The notes under the pieces were generated by a model. That model worked only from the letters and a program-made list of their open reading frames with translations. It did no database searches and was not told where the DNA came from. DNA of 64,000 nucleotides from an uncultured Verrucomicrobiae bacterium (GTDB lineage Bacteria > Verrucomicrobiota > Verrucomicrobiia > Chthoniobacterales > Chthoniobacteraceae). The DNA lies in NCBI GenBank assembly GCA_963769025.1, contig CAVYKI010000003.1, forward strand, positions 1,120,001 through 1,184,000, read 5' to 3'. The stretch's first letter is position 1. Every line of letters begins with the position of its first letter. This document shows, one piece after another, positions 9,310-19,472 of the stretch. Position numbers and translations under genes: made by a program.

Positions 9310-10838
9310 CGGGAAGGGCTCTCTAACGCTGTGTGTGTCCGCGTGCCATGCATTTCACCGGCCGGCCTTGCGGGAGTGATGGCGCCGGGCCACTTGAGCT
9401 CGACGCAGACCCCCGGTCCGGCGTGCCGGTTGGACAGGCTGCACGTTCCGCCTGCCTGCCAGACCAGTGCGAACACGCTCGCAAGGCCGAGGCCCATGCC
9501 GGGCACTTCGCCGGTGTACTGTTTCTCGCCTTGGAAAAACGGCACGCCCGCCCGCGCCAGATGCTCGGGGGAAAGGGTCCGCCCATCATCTCCCATCGTG
9601 AGGCGGATTCCGCCGCTGCCCGCGAGCGTTGCGGAGACGTGGATCGCCGGCGCGCCGTGCGGATGAAATTTCCGCGCGTTCTCCAGCAGCTCGAAAAGCA
9701 CCCACTCCATGGATTCGGGTGCGCACGGGATGCTCGCCGTGCGTGCATCGTCGGCGATCGAGACCGAGACATCCGCCAGCCCGAGTTGCGCAGCCACGCG
9801 CCGGACCATTTCATCGAGTCCCGCAATTGCGAACGTCTCGCCGGATGTCGCGCGTTTGGAGAGGTCCGCGAAGCGCAGCACGTCATCCACCGCCCTCGCG
9901 AGCTGGGCCGCGCCTTCCCGCGCCACCACGGCGAATTCCAAGATGTCCTTCGCCGCGAGATCGGGGGCGTCGGCCAGCACCTGGAGGCTGCCGCACAATC
10001 CGTTGAGCGGCGTGCGCAGCTTGTGCGCGACCATCGTCTGAAAGGAGCGCTGGTCGCGCCGCGTGGCGATCCGCTCGGTCACATCGCGCAGCCAAAGCAG
10101 CCTGCCGCCTGTGTGTTCGCGGATGGAGACCTCGAGGGAAAACGCGCGCGCCTCCGGCGTCTCGGGCCGGACGAGGAGGCCCGCTGCATTCGCGGTGGGA
10201 ACATCCGGCCAGTCTTCCCAAAACGCAGCGGGATGGCAGGCGAAATCCCTGCTCGCGGCGGCGAGGAATTTTACCCGCGCGCCGTCGCTGCGAACCGGTG
10301 CCAGCCCGAGCCACAGCCGCGCGCACGTATTGGCAAAGAGAATTTCATCGGCGCCGTTCACGAGCACGTAGCCGTCCCGTGCGTGCTCGACGACCCATTG
10401 GAATTGCGTGCGCTGTTCGTGGAGCCGGCGGTAGCGGTTCAGGCGCGTGATGGTGCGCACGCGCGCGCGGAGCTCCGCACGGTCAAAGGGCTTGGTGACG
10501 AAGTCGTCCGCCCCCGCGCCGATCCCGCGCAGGCGCGACTCCCGGTCATCGAGCGACGTCACGATGAGGATCGGGATCTCGGCAAACCGCGGATCGTTCC
10601 GAAGGCGCGTGCAGACCTCGAAGCCGTCCATTCCCGGCATCATCACGTCGAGCAGGATCAGATCCGGCTGCACCTCCGCCACCTTCGCCAGCGCAGCCGG
10701 GCCGTCGGCGGCGTAGTGCAGCTCCCACTCGGGAAAATCGAGCACCGACTCCAGCGTCTGCCGGTTGGCTTCGATGTCGTCCACGATCAGGATGACGGAT
10801 TCGGTCACGGGGACCGGGGAGCGGGATGCCGGGATCAT
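9306..10838 (-). CDS. Hybrid histidine kinase REC-PAS-like-HisKA-HATPase
   Basis: REC, H-box AHKLRTPL, N-box ELLENARKF, G2 GMGLGL; 4-nt overlaps with both neighbours. Confidence 0.9.
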   Translation of the reverse strand: MIPASRSPVPVTESVILIVDDIEANRQTLESVLDFPEWELHYAADGPAALAKVAEVQPDLILLDVMMPGMDGFEVCTRLRNDPRFAEIPILIVTSLDDRESRLRGIGAGADDFVTKPFDRAELRARVRTITRLNRYRRLHEQRTQFQWVVEHARDGYVLVNGADEILFANTCARLWLGLAPVRSDGARVKFLAAASRDFACHPAAFWEDWPDVPTANAAGLLVRPETPEARAFSLEVSIREHTGGRLLWLRDVTERIATRRDQRSFQTMVAHKLRTPLNGLCGSLQVLADAPDLAAKDILEFAVVAREGAAQLARAVDDVLRFADLSKRATSGETFAIAGLDEMVRRVAAQLGLADVSVSIADDARTASIPCAPESMEWVLFELLENARKFHPHGAPAIHVSATLAGSGGIRLTMGDDGRTLSPEHLARAGVPFFQGEKQYTGEVPGMGLGLASVFALVWQAGGTCSLSNRHAGPGVCVELKWPGAITPARPAGEMHGTRTHTALESPSR

Positions 10839-13800
10839 TCCATGTCAGGCATTTTCAAATGGCGGCGGATCTGCGTCACAAGGGCCCGCAGGCTCACGGG
10901 CTTGCTGACGTAGTCATCCGCACCCGCGGCGAGGCAGCGCTCGCGGTCGCCGTTCATCGCGAGGCCGGTGAGCGCCACGATGGGCGTGCATTTCATGGAA
11001 GCGTCCGTGCGGAGTTCGCGGATGGCCGTCAGCCCGTCCATGAGCGGCATGTGGATATCCATGAGGATGAGCGCCGGCTTGCACTCCCGCGCGAGCTTCA
11101 CGGCTTCCACGCCATTCGCGGCATAAGTCACCCGGTGGCCGCAATCCTCCAGATAGCCGCCCATCATCTCGCTGTTGGCACGGTTATCCTCCGCGAGGAG
11201 GATCAGCGGTCCTTCCGTGAAGATGGGAGCGGGAGCGGGAGCGGGCGAAGCTGCGGGGACCGCCGTGCGAATCAACGATTCCTGGACGAACTGCGCGAAC
11301 TCCGCCTCCGTGAAGGGCTTCCTGAGATGTCCCGCCGCCCCGAGCGCCCGGGCCCGCTCGGGCTCATTCACTCCGGATACGATCAAGACCGGAATGGCGT
11401 GCGTTTGCGGGTGTTTCCGAAGCTGCTTCAGCACCTCCCAGCCGCTCTTGCCGGGCAGGTTGATGTCGAGCAGGACGACGTCCGGCCGCTCGCGCAACAC
11501 TGCCTCCACGGCCTCGTCGCCCCGTCCGTGCAGGATGCTGCGGAAGCCCAGGTCGCCGAGGTAGCGCCCGAGCAGCGCGTACATTTCGGGCTCGTCGTCG
11601 ATGAGCATCGCCCTCGGCGCGTTGCGCGGCGTCCGCGACGGATCGTCCGTGGCGACTTTTTCCTCCAGCTTCGACGGCAGCGTCACGGTGAAGCGGCTGC
11701 CGCGGCCCGGATCGCTTTCCCAAGTGACGGTGCCGCCGTGCAGATCCGCGAGTTTCGCCACCAGCGCCAGGCCCAGGCCTGAACCCTCCTGCGTGCGATT
11801 CAGGCCGGAGTCGATCTGTGCGAACGCCTGGAACAGCCGGCCCGAATCCTCCGGCGCGATGCCGATGCCGGTGTCCCACACGATGAAGCGGACCACGCCT
11901 TCGGCCTGCGGGGCGCTCACGGTGAGGCCGATCCTGCCGCCTTCCGGCGTGAATTTCACCGCGTTGCTCAGAAGGTTCACCAGGATTTGCTTCAGGCGCT
12001 TGGGATCCGCCGTGATGCTCCCGGCGCCCACCTGGTTCTCGAGCGAGACGTCGATTTTTTTCTTCATCGCCTGCGTCCTCACGAACATCAGGCTCGACTG
12101 GCACACCTCCTCCACCTTCACGGGCTCCGGGTGCAGTTCAAATTTCCCGGCATCGATCTTCGAAAGGTCGAGGATGTCGTTGATGAGCGTGAGCAGGTGC
12201 TGGCCGCTGCTGAAAATGGTGGTCACCGAGCGGTTCTGGCGCGGCGTGAGCGATTCGCCGTTCTGTTCGAGCATGGCCTCGCTCAGGCCGAGGATCGCAT
12301 TGAGCGGCGTGCGCAGTTCGTGGCTCATGTTGGCGAGGAATTCGCTCTTGTGCCGGCTGCCGCGCGCGAGCTCCGCATTCGCGTCCACCAGCTCTGCCGT
12401 GCGCTCGGCCACGCGGCGGACGAGCTGCGCGCGCTCAGCTTCCACGGCCAGCTTGGCCTTCCGGAGTTCGGCCGCCGTGTCTTCGAGGGCCGTGATCGCG
12501 CGCTGGCGGGCGATCTCCGCCGCGGTCCGCACCGCAAAGAGGTTGAGAACGGACTCCACCTGCTGCGGATCCCGCATCGGACGCCGGCTCATCACGACCA
12601 GCAAGCCCAGCGACTCGCCCGCAGCGTCGAAAAGCGGGATCCCTGCGAACGATGCGATGCCCATTTGTGCCAGCAGCGCGGCCTGGGGAAATTGCCGCTG
12701 CACGTCCGAAGGATAAATGCACAGTTCCCTCCCGATGATGTGTTCGCACGGCGTGCCTGCCGGGTCGTAAGTGAAGTTCGGCGCGAATTGATCGCCCGCC
12801 CAAATCGACAGGACCTCGACGGAATCGGGGCGTTCACCGTGGACGCGTCCGACGAACGCAAACTCCAGCCCAAGCGTTTCCGCCAGCCGCCGGGACACGA
12901 ACCGGAAGAACGCATCGTCTGTCAGTCCGCCGGCCTTGGTGGAGAGCGCACGCAGGACTTCCTCGGTCTGCTTCTGCGCCGTGTTGTTGAAGACCGATCC
13001 CACGTAGCCGGTCGCTTTTCCATCCATGTCCACCATCCGGGCCGCCTCGGCGATCACCCAGACGACGGTGCCGTCGTTCTGCAGGAAGCGGAATTCCGAG
13101 CGGTACGGCAGGTTGTCGCGCACGGCCTCGTTCCACTCGAGGACCGTCCGTTCGCAATCCTCCGGGTGAATCGCCAGGTGCCACCCGTCGCCGAGTGATT
13201 CGTCCTCGGAAAGCCCGGTCATGATGCACCAGTGCCGGTTCACGTAGTTCACGCGGCCGTGCTCGTCCGCGCGGAAAATGCCCGACGGCGCCACGCGGGC
13301 CAGCGAGCGGAACGATTCGGTCGATTCGCGGAGCTGCTCCTGCATCTGCTTCACGAAAGTCACATTTTCGTGCGCCACGACGACGCGCTTGGGCCCGTCG
13401 GGCCCAAAACGCGTGATGCGGCAAAGGAACCACCGCTGCTGCGTGGGCGAATGGCAGGCATACTCGACGAGCACCCCATTCGTCTCCCCTCGGAGCACGG
13501 CGCGGATTCCATCGGCGACGCGGGCCGCTTGCTTTCCGTTTTCGTCATGCGTGGAGTCGCAGACATCCAGGTAGTTCGTCCCTTCGCGCAGGTTTTCCTC
13601 GTCGCCCTCCGTGGCCCGGGCGAATTCCTTCCACGCCCGGTTGGCCGCGATGATGACGCCGCGCTCGTCGAGAATGGCGATGTGGGTGCCCAGTGCGTCG
13701 AGCGATGCCTGCGCGAACCGTTCCCTTTCGCCCAGCGCCTGCTCAGCCTCTTTGCGAAGGGTGATGTCGGTGTTGATGCTGAGGATGCCGGAGGGCGCGC

Positions 13801-14653
13801 CCGTTTCGTCGGTGAGGAGGTTGCAAAACGATTCCACGACGATCTTCCGTCCGTCCTTGCCGCGGTGGCGCAAGTCACCCCGCCATTCGCCTTTCCTGGC
13901 GACCTCCTCGATGGAGGGACAGGAGTCCGACCGGGTGTTGAGGAGCAGATCCGCCCGGCGTCCGTAAACTTCCTGCCGCGTCCACCCGTAGAGGCGCTCT
14001 GCCCCGGCGTTCCAGTAAAAGATCCGCTGGTCGTTGTCGCGGGCGATCACCGCATCGCGCACGCTGGAAAGCATCGTCGCCTGATTGGCGAGCCTCTCCC
14101 GTGACATGCGGAGCATCTCTTCGGCCTCCTTGCGCTTGGTGACGTCACGGGCCGCACCGGCGATCCGGTAAACTTCGCCGCTGTCATTCTTCACCGGCGA
14201 CGTGCGCACGTGCACCCAGCGGATCGTCCCATCCGGGCGGACGATCCGGTATTCGTCCTCCCATCTGCCGGTGGCGTGATGTGCGAGCGCCGAGTCGCGG
14301 ACGCGGTCACGATCTTCCCCGTGAACGGTGTCGAACCACGCACCTGGGGATGCCTGCACCTCGGCACAGTTCCGGCCCCACAACGTCTCGTAGCTCGGCG
14401 AAAGGTAAAGCAGCTCGCGTTTCGACAGATCCCACAGCCAGAGGACCTCCTCGATATTCGCGCTCACCTGCCGGAAATACTCCGCGCCCTCGGTCAGCCG
14501 GGCTTCCGCTCGCTCAGGCGCGGCGACGTCGCCCCACGACGGTCCGGCGTCGGCGTCGGATGCCCGATCGTTCCCAAGGGCGGTGAGCCGTTCGGCGTTT
14601 TGCGACGGAAAATGTGCGTTCAAGCAAACTTGAGATAGCACTTGGAGTGCCAT
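10835..14653 (-). CDS. Multi-sensor hybrid histidine kinase (4xPAS-GAF-HisKA-HATPase-REC-REC)
   Basis: FLANMSHELRTPLNAI, NLLSNAVKFT, DTGIG, GSGLGL; four PAS/PAC motifs, a GAF-like segment, two REC domains. Confidence 0.93.
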   Translation of the reverse strand: MALQVLSQVCLNAHFPSQNAERLTALGNDRASDADAGPSWGDVAAPERAEARLTEGAEYFRQVSANIEEVLWLWDLSKRELLYLSPSYETLWGRNCAEVQASPGAWFDTVHGEDRDRVRDSALAHHATGRWEDEYRIVRPDGTIRWVHVRTSPVKNDSGEVYRIAGAARDVTKRKEAEEMLRMSRERLANQATMLSSVRDAVIARDNDQRIFYWNAGAERLYGWTRQEVYGRRADLLLNTRSDSCPSIEEVARKGEWRGDLRHRGKDGRKIVVESFCNLLTDETGAPSGILSINTDITLRKEAEQALGERERFAQASLDALGTHIAILDERGVIIAANRAWKEFARATEGDEENLREGTNYLDVCDSTHDENGKQAARVADGIRAVLRGETNGVLVEYACHSPTQQRWFLCRITRFGPDGPKRVVVAHENVTFVKQMQEQLRESTESFRSLARVAPSGIFRADEHGRVNYVNRHWCIMTGLSEDESLGDGWHLAIHPEDCERTVLEWNEAVRDNLPYRSEFRFLQNDGTVVWVIAEAARMVDMDGKATGYVGSVFNNTAQKQTEEVLRALSTKAGGLTDDAFFRFVSRRLAETLGLEFAFVGRVHGERPDSVEVLSIWAGDQFAPNFTYDPAGTPCEHIIGRELCIYPSDVQRQFPQAALLAQMGIASFAGIPLFDAAGESLGLLVVMSRRPMRDPQQVESVLNLFAVRTAAEIARQRAITALEDTAAELRKAKLAVEAERAQLVRRVAERTAELVDANAELARGSRHKSEFLANMSHELRTPLNAILGLSEAMLEQNGESLTPRQNRSVTTIFSSGQHLLTLINDILDLSKIDAGKFELHPEPVKVEEVCQSSLMFVRTQAMKKKIDVSLENQVGAGSITADPKRLKQILVNLLSNAVKFTPEGGRIGLTVSAPQAEGVVRFIVWDTGIGIAPEDSGRLFQAFAQIDSGLNRTQEGSGLGLALVAKLADLHGGTVTWESDPGRGSRFTVTLPSKLEEKVATDDPSRTPRNAPRAMLIDDEPEMYALLGRYLGDLGFRSILHGRGDEAVEAVLRERPDVVLLDINLPGKSGWEVLKQLRKHPQTHAIPVLIVSGVNEPERARALGAAGHLRKPFTEAEFAQFVQESLIRTAVPAASPAPAPAPIFTEGPLILLAEDNRANSEMMGGYLEDCGHRVTYAANGVEAVKLARECKPALILMDIHMPLMDGLTAIRELRTDASMKCTPIVALTGLAMNGDRERCLAAGADDYVSKPVSLRALVTQIRRHLKMPDME

Positions 14654-14749
14654 CGCAGGTGCGCCTGCCGCCCGTCACAAGTCACCGGTTCGCGCCCTCC
14701 ATTTCCCGCGCGCCGGCCGGACCGGCCGTACCGCTTTCAGCAGCGGGGC

Positions 14750-15064
14750 TTAATCGAGAAACGAGCAGACGTATTCGCAGATTCCCTCGGCGACCTCGAT
14801 GTCGAACCCGCTGTTGGCGGGGACATCGAAGTGAGTCCCCTCGCCATAACCGCGCGTCGAACCATCCCCGTCCAATTTCACCTGGCAGGTGCCTGCAGTG
14901 ATCTCCATGCGCTCCGCCTTGCCCGTGCCGAAGTGGTAGGTGCCGGGGTAGATGAGCCCGAGGGTTTTCTTTTCCCCGCTGGGAAGGAGGATGGTGTGGC
15001 TGACGACCCGGCCGTCGAAATACACGTTGGCCTTGGCGATTGCGGTGACGTTGGGGAATTGCAT
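14750..15064 (-). CDS. ppnP: Pyrimidine/purine nucleoside phosphorylase (YaiE/PpnP cupin)
   Basis: KANVYFDGRVVSHT...KTLG...GTYHFGT...ERMEI...FDVPANSGF...YVCSF. Confidence 0.88.
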   Translation of the reverse strand: MQFPNVTAIAKANVYFDGRVVSHTILLPSGEKKTLGLIYPGTYHFGTGKAERMEITAGTCQVKLDGDGSTRGYGEGTHFDVPANSGFDIEVAEGICEYVCSFLD

Positions 15065-15096
15065 CGCCGCGCCGGTAACAGGCCGCGCGGCGCGAC

Positions 15097-17913
15097 TCAA
15101 GGATTCGTCTTCCGGATCTGCACGTCGGAGAATTGCCCGGTCGCCAGCTTGTCGCGGACGTGCGAGCAGACCGCGAGGCCCACGAACGCCGTCGCTTCCA
15201 TCCCGGCGAGCGTCTCACGCCCGACTTCGGTCCACGCCTTGCCGTCCGCGGAATCGTAGGCGGTGACCGTCGTCCCCTGCCGCGTGAGTTTGAGCCAGTG
15301 CGGGGGCGCGATGTTGGGTTTTCCCTTCGCCGTACTCGGCTTGCCCGGCGCGGCGCGGCCCACGAACTGGAGCTCCTTGCCATTATACGCGAACACCCCG
15401 GCGCTGCTCGCATCGCGCGTCAGGGCTGAACGGATCATCACGCCGAACTTCGCCGACGCGCCGGGCGCCTGCACCGACACCACCCGGGCGATGATTTCGC
15501 AATTCCCCGCGACCGGCTGCCACATGAATTGGAACGCATCGGCATTTCCCCAGATGTCGGCACCGCTGCCCTTGATCGTGAATTTTCCATCCGCCTCCGA
15601 GAACTGCGCGCTGCCCGCGGCGCCCGTGTCGCCGACGGGTCCGGAGATGAAATCCGTCTTCGGTGAAAACCGCATCGCGACATTCTGATCGGCGCCGTAA
15701 CCCGCCTTCGCCTGATCCGCGGCATCGCCCACCGCGAGTTCATGGATGCGGGCCGTCTTGTCCGCGGGCTTGCCGGTTTCCTTGGAAATGAGCACGCGCA
15801 CCTGTTTCGCGGTGAAAGGCGGCACCACGCGGTCCACGATGGCGCTGCGGTTTTCCTCGACGGCGTCCACGTCGGCCCACGCCTTGCCGTCGTCGCTCCG
15901 CTGCAGCTTGAACGATGCGAGGTTCTGGTCCGTCTTTCCGTCGGTGATGGACGAGGTGGTGAGCACCCAACGCGAGATGTTCCGCGGCGATCCCAAGTCC
16001 GCCGCGAGCCATTTCTGGCCGCTCCCGCCGAGGCTCCAGCGGGAACCGGTGTCGCCATCCACGGCCTTCTCCGGGCCCTCGTTTTTGTTGGATGCGCTCG
16101 CGTAGGCCTTGGCCTTGTAGGCGAAGTTGCCCTTGTTTTTCTCGGCGCGCATCTCATCGAAGCGGCGCTCCGCCTCGGCGAGGATGTGCTTGGCCTGCGG
16201 GTGGAGTTTGCTGTCCTTCGGCAACCTTCCCGGCAGGCCGCGCAGGGCGCCGAGCGCCTGCATCTGCTCGCGTTCGTTCCGCGCATTTTTCCACGCGTCG
16301 GCGGCGAGGTTGAAGGTGGTGAATTCGTTCTGGTACGGCCTTGCGAGCTTCCGGTAATCCGCGAGCCACGCCAGCGAGGGGCCGGGTGCCAGGCTGGTGA
16401 ACTGGCTGAAAAGCGGGCCTGCATTTTCCACGCTTCCCAGCTCGTAGTCGCGCAACGCGAGGAACAGCGTGCCGAGCGCCTCATGGTTCGTGGGATTGAA
16501 ATCCGCCGCCTGCGCCGCCGGGATGACTTTCCCGCCTGCAAGCGCCGGGCGGATGCGTTCCACGAAGAATTTCCGCAGCGGTGTGGAGCTGTCCGGCAGT
16601 TTGTTGATCACCTTCGCCGCCGCCTCGCCGCCTTCGGAGAACTGGACGGCCAGAGCTTCGTGGATGATCGCCCACGCGTGCTGCCTCGACTTTGCCGGGG
16701 CATTTGCACCCAGCGCGTTGAACGCCACTCCCGCCTGCTTCCATTTTTCGTCCATCAGGAGCTGCCTCGCGCCGGCCCATCCCGGGCCAAACGACTCGAT
16801 GGTTCCGGCGTCCACCTCCGCCTCGTCGCCGCGCATGGCCTTCACGACAAAAAAACCGCCGACGATCAGCCCGAGCACGAGGACCGCGAACATCACCATC
16901 GTGAGCGTGTTCATCGCGCGCTTGTCGCCCGCGTCCTCGAGCACCACGCGCGCCTTGCCGGGACCCGCGCCGCCCTTGCGCTTGCCGGCCATCGCCTCGT
17001 CGCGGGCAAACTGGAGCTGCTCGATGAACTCGTCGTAGCTCGCCGGCCGCTCCTCGCGGCTCTTCGCGAGCGTGCGGTTGACCACGTAGGCCGTGGCGTT
17101 CGACACGTCCGGCGCGAAGGTCTGGACGCTCACGGCCTGCGTAGTGAGGTGCTTCAGCGCCACGTGCGACGCATCTTCGGCCTCAAAGGGCGGACGTCCC
17201 GCGATGGCGTGAAAAAGCGCCGCGCCGAGCGAGTAGATGTCACTGCGGAAATCCTCCTGCTGCCGCTGCAGCCGCTCGGGCGAAAGGTAGTAGGGCGTGC
17301 CCCAGATGTCGCCCGTCCCCGCCGCCTCCTGCTCGTGAAAAACCGCAAGGCCGAAGTCCACGATCTTCGCCGAACCGTCGCCGCCGAAGAGGATGTTGCC
17401 CGGCTTCACATCGCGGTGGATCAGCCCCTTTTCCAAACCCGCCCGCAGGCCCTGCGCCACTTGGATCGCCACCTGCAGCGCGCGCGCCTCGGGCACGCGG
17501 CCGAGCTGCTCCATCTGGTCGTCGAACGTCCCGCCATCCACGAGCTCCATGGCGAGGTAGACGTTTTCGTCCTCCGTGCCGAACGAATAGACGCGGATGA
17601 CATTCGGGTGATTGATGGACGCCGTGAGCCGCGCCTCGTGCTCGAACTTCTGCACAAACTCCGGGTCGCCGCCGTGCTCGAGCCGCAGGACCTTCAGCGC
17701 GACGTGCCGGTCGAGGTTCTGGTCCAGCGCGCGGTACACCGTCCCCTGCCCGCCCTGGCCGAGCACCCCGAGCAGCTCGTAATTCTTGAACTGCCGCCGC
17801 ACGTGGATCTGCTCCCCGCACACCGGGCACGTCCTCACGGCAAATAGCGACGCTCCCGTGATATCGAGAATCGAACCGCACGCCGTGCAAGGCTCAGTCT
17901 GTTCTAGTGCCAT
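15097..17913 (-). CDS. Membrane receptor Ser/Thr protein kinase (Zn-ribbon, Hanks kinase, TM, F5/8-type discoidin, C-terminal beta-sandwich)
   Basis: CTACG/CPVCG; LGQGGQGTVY, VALK, HRDVKPGN, DFG, GTPYYLSPE; TM MVMFAVLVLGLIVGGFFVV; AVDGDTGSRW..WLAADLG; GSGADIWGNADAFQF. Confidence 0.9.
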   Translation of the reverse strand: MALEQTEPCTACGSILDITGASLFAVRTCPVCGEQIHVRRQFKNYELLGVLGQGGQGTVYRALDQNLDRHVALKVLRLEHGGDPEFVQKFEHEARLTASINHPNVIRVYSFGTEDENVYLAMELVDGGTFDDQMEQLGRVPEARALQVAIQVAQGLRAGLEKGLIHRDVKPGNILFGGDGSAKIVDFGLAVFHEQEAAGTGDIWGTPYYLSPERLQRQQEDFRSDIYSLGAALFHAIAGRPPFEAEDASHVALKHLTTQAVSVQTFAPDVSNATAYVVNRTLAKSREERPASYDEFIEQLQFARDEAMAGKRKGGAGPGKARVVLEDAGDKRAMNTLTMVMFAVLVLGLIVGGFFVVKAMRGDEAEVDAGTIESFGPGWAGARQLLMDEKWKQAGVAFNALGANAPAKSRQHAWAIIHEALAVQFSEGGEAAAKVINKLPDSSTPLRKFFVERIRPALAGGKVIPAAQAADFNPTNHEALGTLFLALRDYELGSVENAGPLFSQFTSLAPGPSLAWLADYRKLARPYQNEFTTFNLAADAWKNARNEREQMQALGALRGLPGRLPKDSKLHPQAKHILAEAERRFDEMRAEKNKGNFAYKAKAYASASNKNEGPEKAVDGDTGSRWSLGGSGQKWLAADLGSPRNISRWVLTTSSITDGKTDQNLASFKLQRSDDGKAWADVDAVEENRSAIVDRVVPPFTAKQVRVLISKETGKPADKTARIHELAVGDAADQAKAGYGADQNVAMRFSPKTDFISGPVGDTGAAGSAQFSEADGKFTIKGSGADIWGNADAFQFMWQPVAGNCEIIARVVSVQAPGASAKFGVMIRSALTRDASSAGVFAYNGKELQFVGRAAPGKPSTAKGKPNIAPPHWLKLTRQGTTVTAYDSADGKAWTEVGRETLAGMEATAFVGLAVCSHVRDKLATGQFSDVQIRKTNP

Positions 17914-18065
17914 TGGGGTTGGAGCTGGGAATGACGTAGCACGCGCGCAGCCCGGGGGAAAGCTCCGCGACACGCCTGGGGTGTTTTATCTCCCGGAAAG
18001 CCGGCGCCATGCCTGCGTTTTCAACCTCGACGATGACCGCCCCCATCTGTCATTCGGGGCGCCCC

Positions 18066-19469
18066 ATGCCCTCCGATCCCCAGCGTTTGAGCGACCTCTC
18101 GCCGCAACAACTCAAGAGCGGTCTCGCCGCATGGCTTGGCTGGCTTTTCGACGGGCTCGACATGCACATCTTCACGCTCGTCGCGGTGGCGTTCGTGGCG
18201 ATCCTCGTCAATAAGGACACGTTTCGCTCGGACTTTGCGGCGGCGGACAAGGACGGCGACAAATTCCTCTCCGCTGCCGAATGGGCGGTCCCGGGCGGAC
18301 TCGCGGTGGCTGACAAGAACGGCGACGGCCGCATCAGCCGCGAGGAATTCGACGTGTACACCGCGCGGCTCCACACCGGCGACGCGGAGGTGAAGGAGAA
18401 GGCCTCGTGGATTCAGGCGGCATTCCTCATCGGCTGGGCGCTGGGCGGCGCGTTCTTCGGCCGGCTCGGCGATCTCATCGGGCGGAGCCACGCACTTTCG
18501 CTCACCGTGCTCACGTATGCGGCGTTCACCGGGCTTTCGTTTTTCGCGGAGACGTGGTGGCAGCTCATGATCTTCCGCTTCCTCGCCGCGCTCGGCATCG
18601 GCGGCGAATGGGCCGTCGGCTCCACGCTCCTCGCCGAGACTTGGCCGAAGAAGTGGCGCCCATGGACGGCCGCCGTGCTCCAGACCGGCGTGAACCTCGG
18701 CGTCGTGCTGGCCGTCATCGCCGGCAACCTCCTCGCCGGCGAACATCCCCGGTGGATTTTCCTCATCGGCGTCGCCCCCGCGCTCCTCGTCTTCTACATC
18801 CGCCGCCACGTCCCCGAGCCGGAGACATGGAAAGCGGAACATTCCCATTCAGCCAACCCGAGCGTGCTGGATCTTTTCCGCGGACCGACGCGCCGCATCA
18901 CGCTCGTCAGCATTGGCATCTGCGCTTTTTCGCTCACGGCGTGGTGGGCGTTCATGTTCTGGCAGACGCAGCATGTCCGCTCGCTGCCCGAGGTGCTCAC
19001 GATGACGGGATCCGCCCGCGACAGCCTCGTGAACACCACCTTCGGCTGGGTCATCGGCATCAGCATCATCGGCAATTTCTTCGCCGGCCTGCTCGCGCGC
19101 CTGCTCGGCTACAAAGCCGCGATCCTCCTCATGTTCGGTGGCTTTGTCGTGACGATGAGCGCCGCATTCGGCACCGAGCATTCCGTCGCCGCATTGACCG
19201 GCTTCTGGCTTCCCGCCGTCGGATTCTGGAGCGGGGTCTTCGGCCTTTTCACGATGATGCTGCCGCCGCTTTTCCCCGTCCTGCTGCGCACGACCGGCGC
19301 TGGCTTTTGCTACAACATCGGCCGCATCGCCGCCGCCGCGGGAACCATCTTTGCGGCGCAAATCACGCAGGGCGGAAATTACCGCCAGACGCTTTTCTAC
19401 GTCGGTTTCCTCTTCATTCCGGCGATGCTTTTCACATTGCTGCTCCCCGTTCCGCGGGATGACGCTTGA
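18066..19469 (+). CDS. MFS transporter with inserted EF-hand pair
   Basis: [19 protein letters not shown] (motif A), GIGGEW, ETWP..WR, LFP..LRTTG; two EF-hand loops after TM1. Confidence 0.92.
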   Translation: MPSDPQRLSDLSPQQLKSGLAAWLGWLFDGLDMHIFTLVAVAFVAILVNKDTFRSDFAAADKDGDKFLSAAEWAVPGGLAVADKNGDGRISREEFDVYTARLHTGDAEVKEKASWIQAAFLIGWALGGAFFGRLGDLIGRSHALSLTVLTYAAFTGLSFFAETWWQLMIFRFLAALGIGGEWAVGSTLLAETWPKKWRPWTAAVLQTGVNLGVVLAVIAGNLLAGEHPRWIFLIGVAPALLVFYIRRHVPEPETWKAEHSHSANPSVLDLFRGPTRRITLVSIGICAFSLTAWWAFMFWQTQHVRSLPEVLTMTGSARDSLVNTTFGWVIGISIIGNFFAGLLARLLGYKAAILLMFGGFVVTMSAAFGTEHSVAALTGFWLPAVGFWSGVFGLFTMMLPPLFPVLLRTTGAGFCYNIGRIAAAAGTIFAAQITQGGNYRQTLFYVGFLFIPAMLFTLLLPVPRDDA

Positions 19470-19472
19470 GCC

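Noticed and set aside
7081..17847. Long + strand ORFs opposite the kinases (638, 526, 403, 701 aa)
   Set aside because: Shadow frames of well-supported minus-strand genes
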